Positions 18,334 to 27,818 of a DNA stretch of 64,000 bases are shown here, piece after piece. The DNA is from Chloroflexota bacterium (lineage in GTDB: Bacteria > Chloroflexota > UBA11872 > VXNJ01), in contig OZ253449.1 of assembly GCA_965261345.1 (NCBI GenBank), positions 544,001-608,000 of the forward strand. Reading direction: 5' to 3'. The notes beneath the pieces were generated by a model. It was not told where the DNA came from. It searched no databases and was given only the letters and a program-made list of their open reading frames with translations. The position numbers and the translations under genes were made by a program. Each line of letters begins with the position of its first letter. Within the stretch, counting starts at the first letter, position 1.

Positions 18334-20733
18334 GTGTCGGCCGTTTCCAGCGTAACCGGGCTTGGCCGGAGTGGCCTCCGCCAGCTGGACTGGCTGCCAA
18401 TCGGCCTTGCCCTGGTGGTGGTGTTGGCGCCGGTCTACTCAGTCCACGATGCCGGTTGGGCATCCAAGACATTCGTCATGTACCCGTTGGCGATCCTGGG
18501 GCTCTCTCTGGCGGCAGGCCTCTGCCGGGCCCGCATCCCTGACTGGTTGCTGCTTATCCAGGGGCTCGCCGCCGGATTGGCAATCAGCTTCGTGGTGGCC
18601 GCCGAGGTGTTCCCGGGGCCGGGCGAACTCTGGCCCAGTTTTTCGCAGATGAGCGTGGGCACCTGGGAATGGCTCCAGGTGACCGCCGAAGGCGGACCGG
18701 TCGGTGAGCAACCACTGTTGGGGGCAATAAACACCAGCTGGGGATTTGCAGTCGATCTGCAGGTCCGGCTGTTGGACTGGTTTGAGGCCCTGGCAAATCT
18801 GGCGCCCTCGGCCGACAACGAGGTCTTCATTTTTTGGATGGGGGCAAGCGCCTGGGGGATGGGGTTCTTTGCCGCATGGGGTGTCATCCGCAGGAATTCG
18901 GCGGCCCTGGCGGCGTTGCCGGCCGGGATCGTGCTTGCAATTAACACCACCTATCTGGGGCCGGTGCGAATGCCTTTCGTGGTTTTTGTGGTCGCTTTAC
19001 TGCTGCTTATGGTCATCGTCAATCTGCGCTCGCTGGCGCGCCGCTGGGACGACCAGCGCACCGAATACGCACCGGAATTGCAGGTGAACATGGCCGCCCT
19101 CTCACTGGTCGCAATCGCGCTGGCGGTATCCCTTTCGGTGTTTCTGCCGCGGGCTGCCACCAACCCCCTGGCAACCGCCTTCTGGAACTACATGGGGGAG
19201 GGTTGGAGCGATGTAGAGGCAGCAACGACCCGGCTTTTCTCGGGGGTTTCCAATCCATCGTCGGTGTCCGCCTTTTCCGGCCAGCAGTCGTTTGCGGTCG
19301 GTGCCGCCCTGCCGTTTTCGCGCAGCGCGACCCTGATCATCAAATCAACCCGGCCCTATTACTGGCGCGGCACCGTGTATGACCGGTTCCTGGGCGAAAG
19401 GTGGGAAAACACTTCCGATCTGCTGACCAGCCTGGGTCCCGAGGAACGCATCACCGAAACCGTGGTCCCGGGGGCGCGCGTGGCGGTGCAATCAAATTTT
19501 GAAATCTACAACTCGGAGTCCTCGATCCTTTACATTCCGGGCGACGCGATTTCAATCAACCGCCCCTACCTGGTTCAAAGCCGCAGCGACGGCCAGTTGA
19601 CCGATTTTTCGACCGTGCGGGCCACCCGCCGGGTCGGGCAGCGGATCGCCTACTCGGCCGAGTCGACGGTCTCCAGCGCCGGCGCCGACCAGCTCAGCCA
19701 GGTTCAGGATCGATACCCGGGTTGGCTGGGCCGTTATCTGCAACTGCCCGACACCAGCCGTCGGGTAGAGGAATTAGCCAGCCGGTTCGGCGCCACCGGA
19801 AGGAACGCGTTCGACATCGCCCAGAGCATCGAGTTCTTTTTGCGGCGTTACCCGTTCGCGATCGACCTACCGGTAACCGCAATCGGTGACGATGTCGTCG
19901 ACCTCTACCTGTTTGAGTACCGCCGCGGGCACGCCGAATACGCCGCCAGCGCGATGGCCATACTAGCGCGCCTCAACGGCCTCCCGTCGCGACTGGCGGC
20001 CGGTTACGTGACTGGACTGTTCGATGAGGAGGCGGAGGCCTGGGTCGCCGGGCCCGAGGAGGTCCACACCTGGGTGGAGCTCTATTTCCCAGGCTACGGA
20101 TGGATTCCGTTTGAGCCGTCTGGCTACCGGGCCCCGGTTGCTCGCGTGGGCTCGGACGTGGGCGCGGCTGGCGAGGGTATCGAGAATCCTTCGGAGATCG
20201 AATTCGCCGACCTGCTCGATAGCCTTGAATTTGAAAACCTCGAGGAGTTCGCGCCAGAGGGCCAGTTCTTCCTGCAGCGCCTCTTTAGTCGCACCGGCGA
20301 AATATTGCCGGTGTTGCTGGCAATCGGCGGGAGCGTCGCGGCAATGGCCCTCCTGATCCCGCTGGGGCTCTGGATCCGCACGCGCCTGCAGTCGTCGGCC
20401 TCCCGCACGGCGGCTGTTTATCGGTCGATGATCGGCTGGGCCGAGCGGGCTGGATATACTTTCTCGGCGGCGCGAACCCCGCTGGAGTTTGCCTCTGAGG
20501 TTGCCGGTTTGATCGAATCGAACGACCTCGATAAAGAATGGCCAGGCTCCCCTGGTCAACGCCCGCCCGAAGTTATTGCCCAGCAATACGCAAGGTCGAT
20601 TTACGGCCACGGTCGCCTGGACCCGGCGGACAGGCACCGAGTGGAAACAGCCTGGAAACGGCTGCGACCGGCGCTTATGAAGCTGGTGTTGCGCCGGTGG
20701 ATTCATAGAAATGGACGGGGGTCGCCAGCTTGA
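18334..20733 (+). CDS. Membrane transglutaminase-like protein (TgpA-like), catalytic Cys apparently replaced
   Basis: Multiple TM helices, YYWRG.VYD, RRGHAEYAASAM (canonical GxCxxxASAM), HTWVELYFPGYGWIPFEP; follows DUF58; start set at GTG 18334 after the DUF58 stop. Confidence 0.85.
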   Translation: MSAVSSVTGLGRSGLRQLDWLPIGLALVVVLAPVYSVHDAGWASKTFVMYPLAILGLSLAAGLCRARIPDWLLLIQGLAAGLAISFVVAAEVFPGPGELWPSFSQMSVGTWEWLQVTAEGGPVGEQPLLGAINTSWGFAVDLQVRLLDWFEALANLAPSADNEVFIFWMGASAWGMGFFAAWGVIRRNSAALAALPAGIVLAINTTYLGPVRMPFVVFVVALLLLMVIVNLRSLARRWDDQRTEYAPELQVNMAALSLVAIALAVSLSVFLPRAATNPLATAFWNYMGEGWSDVEAATTRLFSGVSNPSSVSAFSGQQSFAVGAALPFSRSATLIIKSTRPYYWRGTVYDRFLGERWENTSDLLTSLGPEERITETVVPGARVAVQSNFEIYNSESSILYIPGDAISINRPYLVQSRSDGQLTDFSTVRATRRVGQRIAYSAESTVSSAGADQLSQVQDRYPGWLGRYLQLPDTSRRVEELASRFGATGRNAFDIAQSIEFFLRRYPFAIDLPVTAIGDDVVDLYLFEYRRGHAEYAASAMAILARLNGLPSRLAAGYVTGLFDEEAEAWVAGPEEVHTWVELYFPGYGWIPFEPSGYRAPVARVGSDVGAAGEGIENPSEIEFADLLDSLEFENLEEFAPEGQFFLQRLFSRTGEILPVLLAIGGSVAAMALLIPLGLWIRTRLQSSASRTAAVYRSMIGWAERAGYTFSAARTPLEFASEVAGLIESNDLDKEWPGSPGQRPPEVIAQQYARSIYGHGRLDPADRHRVETAWKRLRPALMKLVLRRWIHRNGRGSPA

Positions 20734-21011
20734 CGCTCGGCGAAGTTCGGGATGCGTCAGTAATCATCCTGGCGATCGTCGCAGTGCTCTCAACGGCGAC
20801 TGCACTGGTCGCGGTCGCAGTCCTGTGGCGATTCGTTCGAATGCTCAAACGCGAGCTCCTCCCGATCATCGACACCCTCAGCGAAACTGCCTCCACGCTT
20901 GAGTCGGCCGTCAACGCGACGGTCGAATCTCGTGCCGGCTCGGCGCTGCAGGCCGTGCTATCCACAGCCGTGCTCCAGCGAATACTCGCCGTGCTGGTCC
21001 GTCGGAGATGA
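20730..21011 (+). CDS. Small single-pass membrane protein
   Basis: N-terminal hydrophobic helix plus amphipathic helical tail; TTGA overlap with the upstream gene. Confidence 0.7.
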   Translation: MTLGEVRDASVIILAIVAVLSTATALVAVAVLWRFVRMLKRELLPIIDTLSETASTLESAVNATVESRAGSALQAVLSTAVLQRILAVLVRRR

Positions 21012-21025
21012 ATCGGTGAATTTAG

Positions 21026-21235
21026 ATGTTTTATGCAATGTTGGGCGGCCTGCTTGGTTTCGTCCTCGGCAATTTCCTTGGGGCGCTGCTACTCGGCCTG
21101 CGGCAGGGTAGGTCGGTATCCGAAATCGGTACCCGGATGGCGGTGCTTAAGGACAACGCTGAAAAGGCGGCCAGCGAAGCCGAATCCTCGATTCGTGCGC
21201 GCTTTGCCGGGCGTTCGCATCGCCGTCCCGACTAA
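21026..21235 (+). CDS. Small membrane protein (YtxH-like architecture)
   Basis: Gly-rich TM segment (GGLLGFVLG...LGALL) followed by a charged helix. Confidence 0.6.
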   Translation: MFYAMLGGLLGFVLGNFLGALLLGLRQGRSVSEIGTRMAVLKDNAEKAASEAESSIRARFAGRSHRRPD

Positions 21236-21537
21236 TGTCTGACCCGGCCAGCGTCGCGCTGCTGGTGCTGATCGCAATGCAGATCGTCCTGCTCGTGGCC
21301 CTAGCGGTTGTCTCGGTCCTGGCCAGCCTGGCAACCGTCGAGGCAACCGCCGTGACCCGGCGTGGTCTGCGGGCCCAACAACGTCGCGTCAGCTCGGTCA
21401 GCCGGTCGCTTGAATCGGCGGTTGAGCGCAAGGTGGTTGAACCGGTCGTCCAATTCGAGCGCGGCGCTGTCTGGGTGGAGAGCTTTGTTCGGCAGATGTC
21501 CGCGCTCCTATCTGGCCGTGACTCCAAGCAGCGCTGA
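21235..21537 (+). CDS. Small single-pass membrane protein
   Basis: TM helix plus basic amphipathic tail; TAATG coupling to the upstream ORF. Confidence 0.65.
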   Translation: MSDPASVALLVLIAMQIVLLVALAVVSVLASLATVEATAVTRRGLRAQQRRVSSVSRSLESAVERKVVEPVVQFERGAVWVESFVRQMSALLSGRDSKQR

Positions 21538-21543
21538 CCGATC

Positions 21544-22089
21544 TTGCTAAACGGTAATTCGGGCGAGATCCGACAACGCTATTCGGCCGAACAGATCGCC
21601 TCGGCGGTTGACCGATTGGCCGCCAATATCACCGAGGATCTGGCCGGACTGGAGCCGGTGGTGGTGGTTCTGCTGAAGGGTTCGTTCATGTTCGCGGCCG
21701 ATTTGGTGCGCAAGCTGCCGTTTCAACTGGAGGTGGAATTCCTGGCCCAGAAGAGTTACTTCGGCCGCAAATCGGCCGGCATCTTGGAGCAAACTCTGAA
21801 CCTGACCGGACCGGTGCGGGGACGCCACGTACTGGTCGTTGACGATATCTCGGACACCGCGTTTTCAATCGAACACACGGTCTCTTATCTGCAGACCCTC
21901 GGACCGGCTTCGCTGCGCACCTGTTGCCTGCTCGAGCGCATCCGCCCCGCCGACGCTTCGCAGCGCGAAGTTGATTACGTGGGCATCCGCGCCGAACCCG
22001 GTTTTCTGATCGGATACGGATTGGATCTGGACCAACGTTGGCGGAATCTACCGTTCATCGGCGTGCTCGAAGATCCCGGCGATGCCTGA
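21544..22089 (+). CDS. hpt: Hypoxanthine phosphoribosyltransferase
   Basis: LLKGSFMF.ADL, SY, VLVVDDISDT, FLIGYGLD...RNLPFI. Confidence 0.9.
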   Translation: MLNGNSGEIRQRYSAEQIASAVDRLAANITEDLAGLEPVVVVLLKGSFMFAADLVRKLPFQLEVEFLAQKSYFGRKSAGILEQTLNLTGPVRGRHVLVVDDISDTAFSIEHTVSYLQTLGPASLRTCCLLERIRPADASQREVDYVGIRAEPGFLIGYGLDLDQRWRNLPFIGVLEDPGDA

Positions 22090-22876
22090 ACTGCGGCGCG
22101 GCGGCGGCCGCTTACATTATGTCGAGCAAAACTCCGACGGCATACACAAGCTGGTGCTGCTCCATCCGCAGCTGGCTAGTTCGGCCATCTGGGAGGGGCT
22201 TTTGCCGGGATTTGATGATTCATTCCGGGTCATCGCCTTTGACCTGCGCGGTTTTGGCCAATCGGAAAAACGGAGCCGCAACTTTTCGGTGCACGCCCTT
22301 GCTGACGAAGTCCGCATTGGCTTAAATGCCATCGGCGTAAAGCGCTGCAGCGTCATGGCCGCAGGTGCCGGCGGAGCGGTGGCCTTGTCGCTGGCCGCGC
22401 GCTACCCGTCATTGGTATTCAAGCTGATCCTGGTCAATACCACTCCGCTGGCATTGGACCCGGTCGGAATGCAACGCCAGGTCGAAACCCTGTCCGAGCT
22501 CGCCTGGGAACCCGCACAGTTAACCAAATTCCTGCATGACCAGCTCTACCCCGACGCCACCGACGAGCAACTGGCCAAACTGGCCACCATCGCGCTCGGG
22601 TCGGATCGCTCCTGCGCGGTAGCGCTTGCCAAATCGCAGCAGACCACGGATCTGGTACCACTGCTGCCGCAGATTACGGCGCAGTCCCTGGTGCTCTGCG
22701 GGGAAAGCGCCGACCCGGCGATCCAATTGGGCGCAAACCTGATCTCCGGGTCGATCCCTCGCGCCAAATCGGAATCATTGTCCGACTGCGGAAGTTCGCC
22801 GCTGCTCGAAGACCCCGCCGGGGTGCAGGCGGCGGCACTAAAACTGCTAAATGCATGGAACTTGGTGAGAGGCTAG
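22082..22876 (+). CDS. Alpha/beta hydrolase fold protein, likely non-catalytic
   Basis: VLLH, FDLRGFGQS; nucleophile elbow reads AAGAGG and the catalytic His position reads GSSP. Confidence 0.85.
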   Translation: MPELRRGGGRLHYVEQNSDGIHKLVLLHPQLASSAIWEGLLPGFDDSFRVIAFDLRGFGQSEKRSRNFSVHALADEVRIGLNAIGVKRCSVMAAGAGGAVALSLAARYPSLVFKLILVNTTPLALDPVGMQRQVETLSELAWEPAQLTKFLHDQLYPDATDEQLAKLATIALGSDRSCAVALAKSQQTTDLVPLLPQITAQSLVLCGESADPAIQLGANLISGSIPRAKSESLSDCGSSPLLEDPAGVQAAALKLLNAWNLVRG

Positions 22877-22880
22877 TACC

Positions 22881-23642
22881 GTGAAAATTCTTCGTTACCA
22901 AACCGTTTCCGGACCGTCCTGGGGAATTCTGGACGAGGGCGGAATGGTCTGCCAGCTGGAGGGTGATCCATTCGGAAGCGCCGGACCCGGGGCGGTGGTC
23001 GGTCCACCGTCCGATCTTAAATTGTTGGCGCCGACGATTCCGGGCAAGGTGATCTGCGTCGGTCTAAATTACACGGCTCACGCGGCCGAAACGGGTAGTC
23101 CATTGCCCGAACTACCGATGTTTTTCCTAAAACCGGCGACCGCGATCTGCAACCCGGGAGATCCAATCACGTTGCCAAAAATCTCCGACCACGTCGAACA
23201 CGAGTGCGAGCTGGTGGTGGTCATCGGCCGGAAAGCCCGCAACGTGCCAGAAGCGGAGGCGCTCGACTGCGTTCTCGGCTACACCTGTGGCAACGACGTT
23301 TCGGCCCGTGACTGGCAACGGCGCGAAACCCAGTGGTTTCGCGGCAAGGGGTTCGACACATTTTTCCCGTTCGGCCCGTGGATTGAAACCGATCTGGAGC
23401 CTGGCAACCTGGGGATCCGTACCCGCGTAAACGGGCAGATCCGCCAGAATTCGAATACCTCGGACCTGATTTTCGCGGTGGCCAACCTGGTAGCCGACGC
23501 ATCACGCACGGCCACCCTCCTTCCCGGCGACGTCATCGCCACCGGAACTCCCGAGGGTGTCAGCCCGATTTCGGCCGGCGATTTCGTTGAAATCGAAATT
23601 GACGGAATCGGCACCCTCGCCAATCCGGTAAGGGCCGAATAA
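22881..23642 (+). CDS. Fumarylacetoacetate hydrolase family protein
   Basis: CVGLNY..H, EHECEL, NDVSARD, GKGFDTF, GDVIATGTPEG. Confidence 0.93.
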   Translation: MKILRYQTVSGPSWGILDEGGMVCQLEGDPFGSAGPGAVVGPPSDLKLLAPTIPGKVICVGLNYTAHAAETGSPLPELPMFFLKPATAICNPGDPITLPKISDHVEHECELVVVIGRKARNVPEAEALDCVLGYTCGNDVSARDWQRRETQWFRGKGFDTFFPFGPWIETDLEPGNLGIRTRVNGQIRQNSNTSDLIFAVANLVADASRTATLLPGDVIATGTPEGVSPISAGDFVEIEIDGIGTLANPVRAE

Positions 23643-24889
23643 TAGCCAACCATCCGAAAGCGCCGGCGATATATGAATGGCTCATCATCGCCGATGACTT
23701 CACCGGCGCCATGGACTGCGGCCTGCAGTTTGCCAATCGCGGCCACCGGACGGTTTTTTCCACGCTGGGTACCGCGGGCGTCGAAGCCGGCGCGCTGGTA
23801 CTTTCATCCCGCTCGCGCGCCGATCGGCCGGCGATCGCCCGGGCCAAGGTCTTTGATCTGGCGACCGGCGCCGCCCCGCTGGCGCGGCGGATTTACAAAA
23901 AAATCGATTCCACCCTGCGCGGCAATATCGGCAGCGAATTGGACGCCATTTTTGCCGCTTGCGGTATTTCGGCGTGCATCCTCAACCCGGCCTATCCGCA
24001 ACAGTCGCGCACGGTCGTCAACGGATCGCTACTGGTCGATGGAGTCGAGGTCGCCAGGTCCGAAATCGGCACCAACCCGGCCGACGGAGTGTCCGGGTCA
24101 AACATCGTCGCACTGCTCGCCGACAGCTGCAGCCTCAAACCCGCCGCCATTCCGCTGTCAACCGTAAGGCGCGGCCCCAACGACCTGGCCCGGGCATTTT
24201 CCCGGTCAGCGGTCGGCGGAGCACAGGTAATAGTGCCCGACGCCGAATCCGACGGCGACCTGGCCAACATCGCCGCTGCGGCGGCTCTGGCCGACCTGGA
24301 CCGCCTGGTCGTGGGATCGGCCGGATTGGCCGATCACCTTGAACCGGCCCGCGAGGGTCACCTGGGGCCGGTTACACCGGCCGCCTGCGACCGCGTGGTT
24401 GTCATCGCCGGTTCGTTTACCAGCCAGACCGCGCGACAGGTGGCAGTCGCCGGGCAACTGTTGGGGCAGGAGCCGCACCGGCCCGATTTCAGCCAATCCG
24501 GTTCGACCCGCCGCGCGTTGGCGGCCGCCAACGCGCAGCTGCAAAGGGATGGAGTATGGATCGCCCATCCCGGCCATGTAGGGGTAGATCTGCCCCCGGA
24601 AATGGTTGACCGGCTGGTCGAATGGATCGGCACCGTGGCCGGCGCCCTGGCATCCGGGGGCGGACGCACCGGGTTCGTCTTCACCGGCGGCGAAACAGCG
24701 GCGATCGCGCTCGAAAAGCTGGCCGCCAGCGCCATCGAAATTTGCTTTGAGATTCAACCCGGAATTCCCGGGGCCCTGGTGTCCGGCGGGATCAGCGACG
24801 GCCTTCCAGTCGTTACCAAGGCCGGGGGGTTCGGAAATGATGCGGCCATCTACGAGGCAATCGCCTGGCTACGCAGTCTGCCCGCCTAA
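23639..24889 (+). CDS. Four-carbon acid-sugar kinase family protein (DUF1537)
   Basis: IIADDFTGA.D motif begins upstream of the called ATG 23711; YKKIDSTLRGN, PAYP...R, TGGETA, TKAGGFG; true start uncertain. Confidence 0.88.
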   Translation: MIANHPKAPAIYEWLIIADDFTGAMDCGLQFANRGHRTVFSTLGTAGVEAGALVLSSRSRADRPAIARAKVFDLATGAAPLARRIYKKIDSTLRGNIGSELDAIFAACGISACILNPAYPQQSRTVVNGSLLVDGVEVARSEIGTNPADGVSGSNIVALLADSCSLKPAAIPLSTVRRGPNDLARAFSRSAVGGAQVIVPDAESDGDLANIAAAAALADLDRLVVGSAGLADHLEPAREGHLGPVTPAACDRVVVIAGSFTSQTARQVAVAGQLLGQEPHRPDFSQSGSTRRALAAANAQLQRDGVWIAHPGHVGVDLPPEMVDRLVEWIGTVAGALASGGGRTGFVFTGGETAAIALEKLAASAIEICFEIQPGIPGALVSGGISDGLPVVTKAGGFGNDAAIYEAIAWLRSLPA

Positions 24890-24935
24890 AATCACTCCTT
24901 AACCTCGCAGTCGCCGCAACAGTTAGGAGCCCTTA

Positions 24936-25157
24936 GTGGTAAGCGTCTTGGCCGGCATCCAGCTCGTCTTGGCGGTTCTGGTTATTGGCGCAGTGCTGAT
25001 GCAGAACTCATCGACCGGGCTGGGCTCGGCGTTCGGCCAATCCGACAGCTTTCGCGCAACTCGCCGGGGCCTGGATCTAGTCCTCTACCGGTTCACCGTG
25101 GCCGGTGCCATCTTCTTCTTCCTAGTCTCGGTTCTGGTCGTTCGCCTGGCCGCCTAA
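24936..25157 (+). CDS. secG: Preprotein translocase subunit SecG
   Basis: Two TM helices, VLMQ...GLGSAFG, RRGLD; AGGAG RBS. Confidence 0.9.
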   Translation: MVSVLAGIQLVLAVLVIGAVLMQNSSTGLGSAFGQSDSFRATRRGLDLVLYRFTVAGAIFFFLVSVLVVRLAA

Positions 25158-25450
25158 AAGCGGGACCGCTACGGTTTGGCCAGTGGACCCGATCGCGCCC
25201 AAAACAGGGCAGTGTGGCAATATGCTGGGTGGCAACACCGCCCGTCGGGTCTCTCAGCAACCGGCCCGCCTGATACGTTCGGACAATTCAGGCGACGCGA
25301 GCATCCGGGCTACCGGTTGATCGCCGACTAGGCGGCAAAATAGATCGCCGGGACCGGACTGGTCGACCACCAGGACAGGCAGCGTGGCGGTGGCTCGCCA
25401 ACACCGGCAGCTAAATCGAATCCGAGCCGATCGACCAAAGGACCAATCGT

Positions 25451-26842
25451 TTGGCAAGTCGCATCGAAATGGACCCGCTGGGCGACCTAGCAGTTCCCAG
25501 CGAGGCGCTCTGGGGAATCCAAACCGAGCGGGCGCGGGCAAATTTTCCAATTTCCGGGATCGGCCCGCACCCGGCTTTCGTGCGGGCGACGGTTTTGATC
25601 AAAAAGGCCGCCGCTCAAGTCCACGTTGACAGCGGACGGCTTGAACCGGAACTGGGTCAGGCGATTTCCGCCGCCGCCGACGAGATCCTGGCGGGACGCC
25701 ATTTGGATCAATTCGTGGTGGACGCGTTTCAGGCCGGGGCCGGCACATCGCACAACATGAACGCCAATGAGGTGCTTGCCAACCGCGCCAACGAATTGCT
25801 CGGGAGCACGCGCGGCGCCTACCGACCAGTCCATCCCAACGACCACGTCAACATGGCCCAGTCGACCAACGATCTCATCCCCACCGCGATCGCCCTGGCG
25901 GCACTGGAGCTCCTGCCTGGCCTGGAGAGCGCACTGGCCAAACTTTCCGATCGGCTATCCGATCGGGCCGAAGAGTGGGACCGGATCGTTAAGACCGGAC
26001 GGACCCACCTGCAGGATGCCACTCCGATCCGTCTCGGGCAGGAATTTGGAGCCTACGCCGAGGCGGTCAGGCGTCATCGCGCGCCAATCGCGGCAGCGCG
26101 AGTCGCCATCAGCGAATTGAGCATCGGGGGAACCGCGGTCGGCAGCGGACTCAATGCCGAGACGACCTATCAGAGCGCGGTGGTGGCCAGGCTATCGCAA
26201 TTGACCGGAAGCGATCTGTCACCCTCGCGCAACCTTTTTTATTCGATGCAATCTATGGCCCGCTTTTCTCAGCTATCAGGGGCTCTGCGAACTCTTGCGG
26301 TCGATCTGGGCCGGATCGCCAATGACATCCGCATGTTGGGCTCAGGGCCGCGCACCGGCCTTGACGAGGTGAGACTGCCGGCGGTACAGCCTGGCTCCTC
26401 GATCATGCCCGGCAAGGTCAATCCCGTCATGGCCGAATGCCTCAACATGATCTGTCTGCAAATCCACGGCAACGACCTTACGATCTCCCAGGCGGCGGCG
26501 GCCGGGCAGCTTGAATTGAACGTGATGATGCCGGTCATCGCTTTTAATCTCTGCCAGTCGATTCAAATCCTTGCCAGCGGCGCCGACGTATTCGCCGATC
26601 GCTGCGTTGCCGGGCTGGAGGCCAATGAGGCGATGATCGCTTTCTGGCTCGAGCGCAATACGATGCTGGCCACCGCCCTGGCGCCACGACTCGGCTACGC
26701 GAAAGCCGCCGAAATCGCCAAGGAAGCGGTGCGCTCGGGCGAGTCGATTCCCCAAACCGCCCGGCGCCTGACCGACTTGAGCGACGCCGAACTCGCCCTC
26801 GCGTTGGACCCGGAGCCGATGACCAGGCCCGGGGTCCGATAA
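25451..26842 (+). CDS. aspA: Aspartate ammonia-lyase (fumarase II superfamily)
   Basis: GSSIMPGKVNP, GRTHLQDA; QAGAGTS and HVNMAQSTND favour AspA over FumC. Confidence 0.8.
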   Translation: MASRIEMDPLGDLAVPSEALWGIQTERARANFPISGIGPHPAFVRATVLIKKAAAQVHVDSGRLEPELGQAISAAADEILAGRHLDQFVVDAFQAGAGTSHNMNANEVLANRANELLGSTRGAYRPVHPNDHVNMAQSTNDLIPTAIALAALELLPGLESALAKLSDRLSDRAEEWDRIVKTGRTHLQDATPIRLGQEFGAYAEAVRRHRAPIAAARVAISELSIGGTAVGSGLNAETTYQSAVVARLSQLTGSDLSPSRNLFYSMQSMARFSQLSGALRTLAVDLGRIANDIRMLGSGPRTGLDEVRLPAVQPGSSIMPGKVNPVMAECLNMICLQIHGNDLTISQAAAAGQLELNVMMPVIAFNLCQSIQILASGADVFADRCVAGLEANEAMIAFWLERNTMLATALAPRLGYAKAAEIAKEAVRSGESIPQTARRLTDLSDAELALALDPEPMTRPGVR

Positions 26843-26855
26843 ACGCCCGACCGCC

Positions 26856-27818
26856 GTGTTAATCGGCAACAACCTCAAGCCCAGCCTTTGCCTGGGTGCG
26901 GTCGCGTGCGATATCTCCATAACCGGGCTGGCAGCATTCCCCGAACCCGAAACCGAGTTCTCGCCGCGATCTGACATCTTGCACCAACGACCCGCCAGAT
27001 TGATTGCCGCCGGCACCGCCGGGAATTCCGCGTTGGCCTGCGCCGCGCTAGCCGGAAAAGCTCGTCTGCTGGGGCCGGTCGGTGATGACCTATTAGGCCG
27101 TACCATCAGGACCGCGTTCGCCGAGGGCGGCGTGGAGTTGGCGGGCGGCGGCGCGACGACGACCGCGACCCACGTGATTGCCAATTCGACCGACGATCGG
27201 CGACAGGCCTTCTACTACCCGGGTGAGCCGATCCGATTGCAACAAACTCCGCCTGACTGGGCCGCCGCCAATCTCCTCTTTTCCGGCCTAAATCTCTGCG
27301 TTGAGCGGCCAATTACGCCCGGTGTCATCGAGCTCGCCGAAATCGCCCATAGAGTCGGGGCGATCGTCGCGCTCGATGTCGGCCAAGCCGGCGCCAACAT
27401 GCTCACCTTTGGTGAGCTGGCCCAGCTGGAGGGTGCGATCGACATTCTGATCGGATCCCACTACGAATGGGGGCTGGTGTTGGGGCAGCGGCCCGAGACG
27501 CGAATCCATCGCCTGCGCGCGATCACACCCGGCCATGTGGTGGTGAAGCTAGGCGGCCAGGGCGCCCGGCTCTATTGCCCGGGCCACCGCGACCCCGTCA
27601 ATATTGGGGCGGCGCGGGTGACCGAGCGCAACCCGATCGGGGCCGGCGACGCCTTCGCCGGGGGGATGCTGGCGGCGATAGCCGCCGGTAGGGAGTTGCC
27701 CGAGGCCTGTCGCTGGGGATCGGCGGCCGGGGCGGCTGCGGTTGAATCCGAAGGCGGACCAGGCTCCATCAGCTTTGAACGGGTGCAACGGCTGCACGCC
27801 GAAATCTGCCTTAACTAG
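26856..27818 (+). CDS. PfkB family carbohydrate kinase
   Basis: GTAGNSA, VGDD.LG, VVKLGGQGA, IGAGDAFAGG. Confidence 0.9.
   Translation: MLIGNNLKPSLCLGAVACDISITGLAAFPEPETEFSPRSDILHQRPARLIAAGTAGNSALACAALAGKARLLGPVGDDLLGRTIRTAFAEGGVELAGGGATTTATHVIANSTDDRRQAFYYPGEPIRLQQTPPDWAAANLLFSGLNLCVERPITPGVIELAEIAHRVGAIVALDVGQAGANMLTFGELAQLEGAIDILIGSHYEWGLVLGQRPETRIHRLRAITPGHVVVKLGGQGARLYCPGHRDPVNIGAARVTERNPIGAGDAFAGGMLAAIAAGRELPEACRWGSAAGAAAVESEGGPGSISFERVQRLHAEICLN

Noticed and set aside
25254-25550. 98-aa minus-strand ORF between secG and aspA
   Set aside because: Overlaps aspA in antisense and has no recognisable features.
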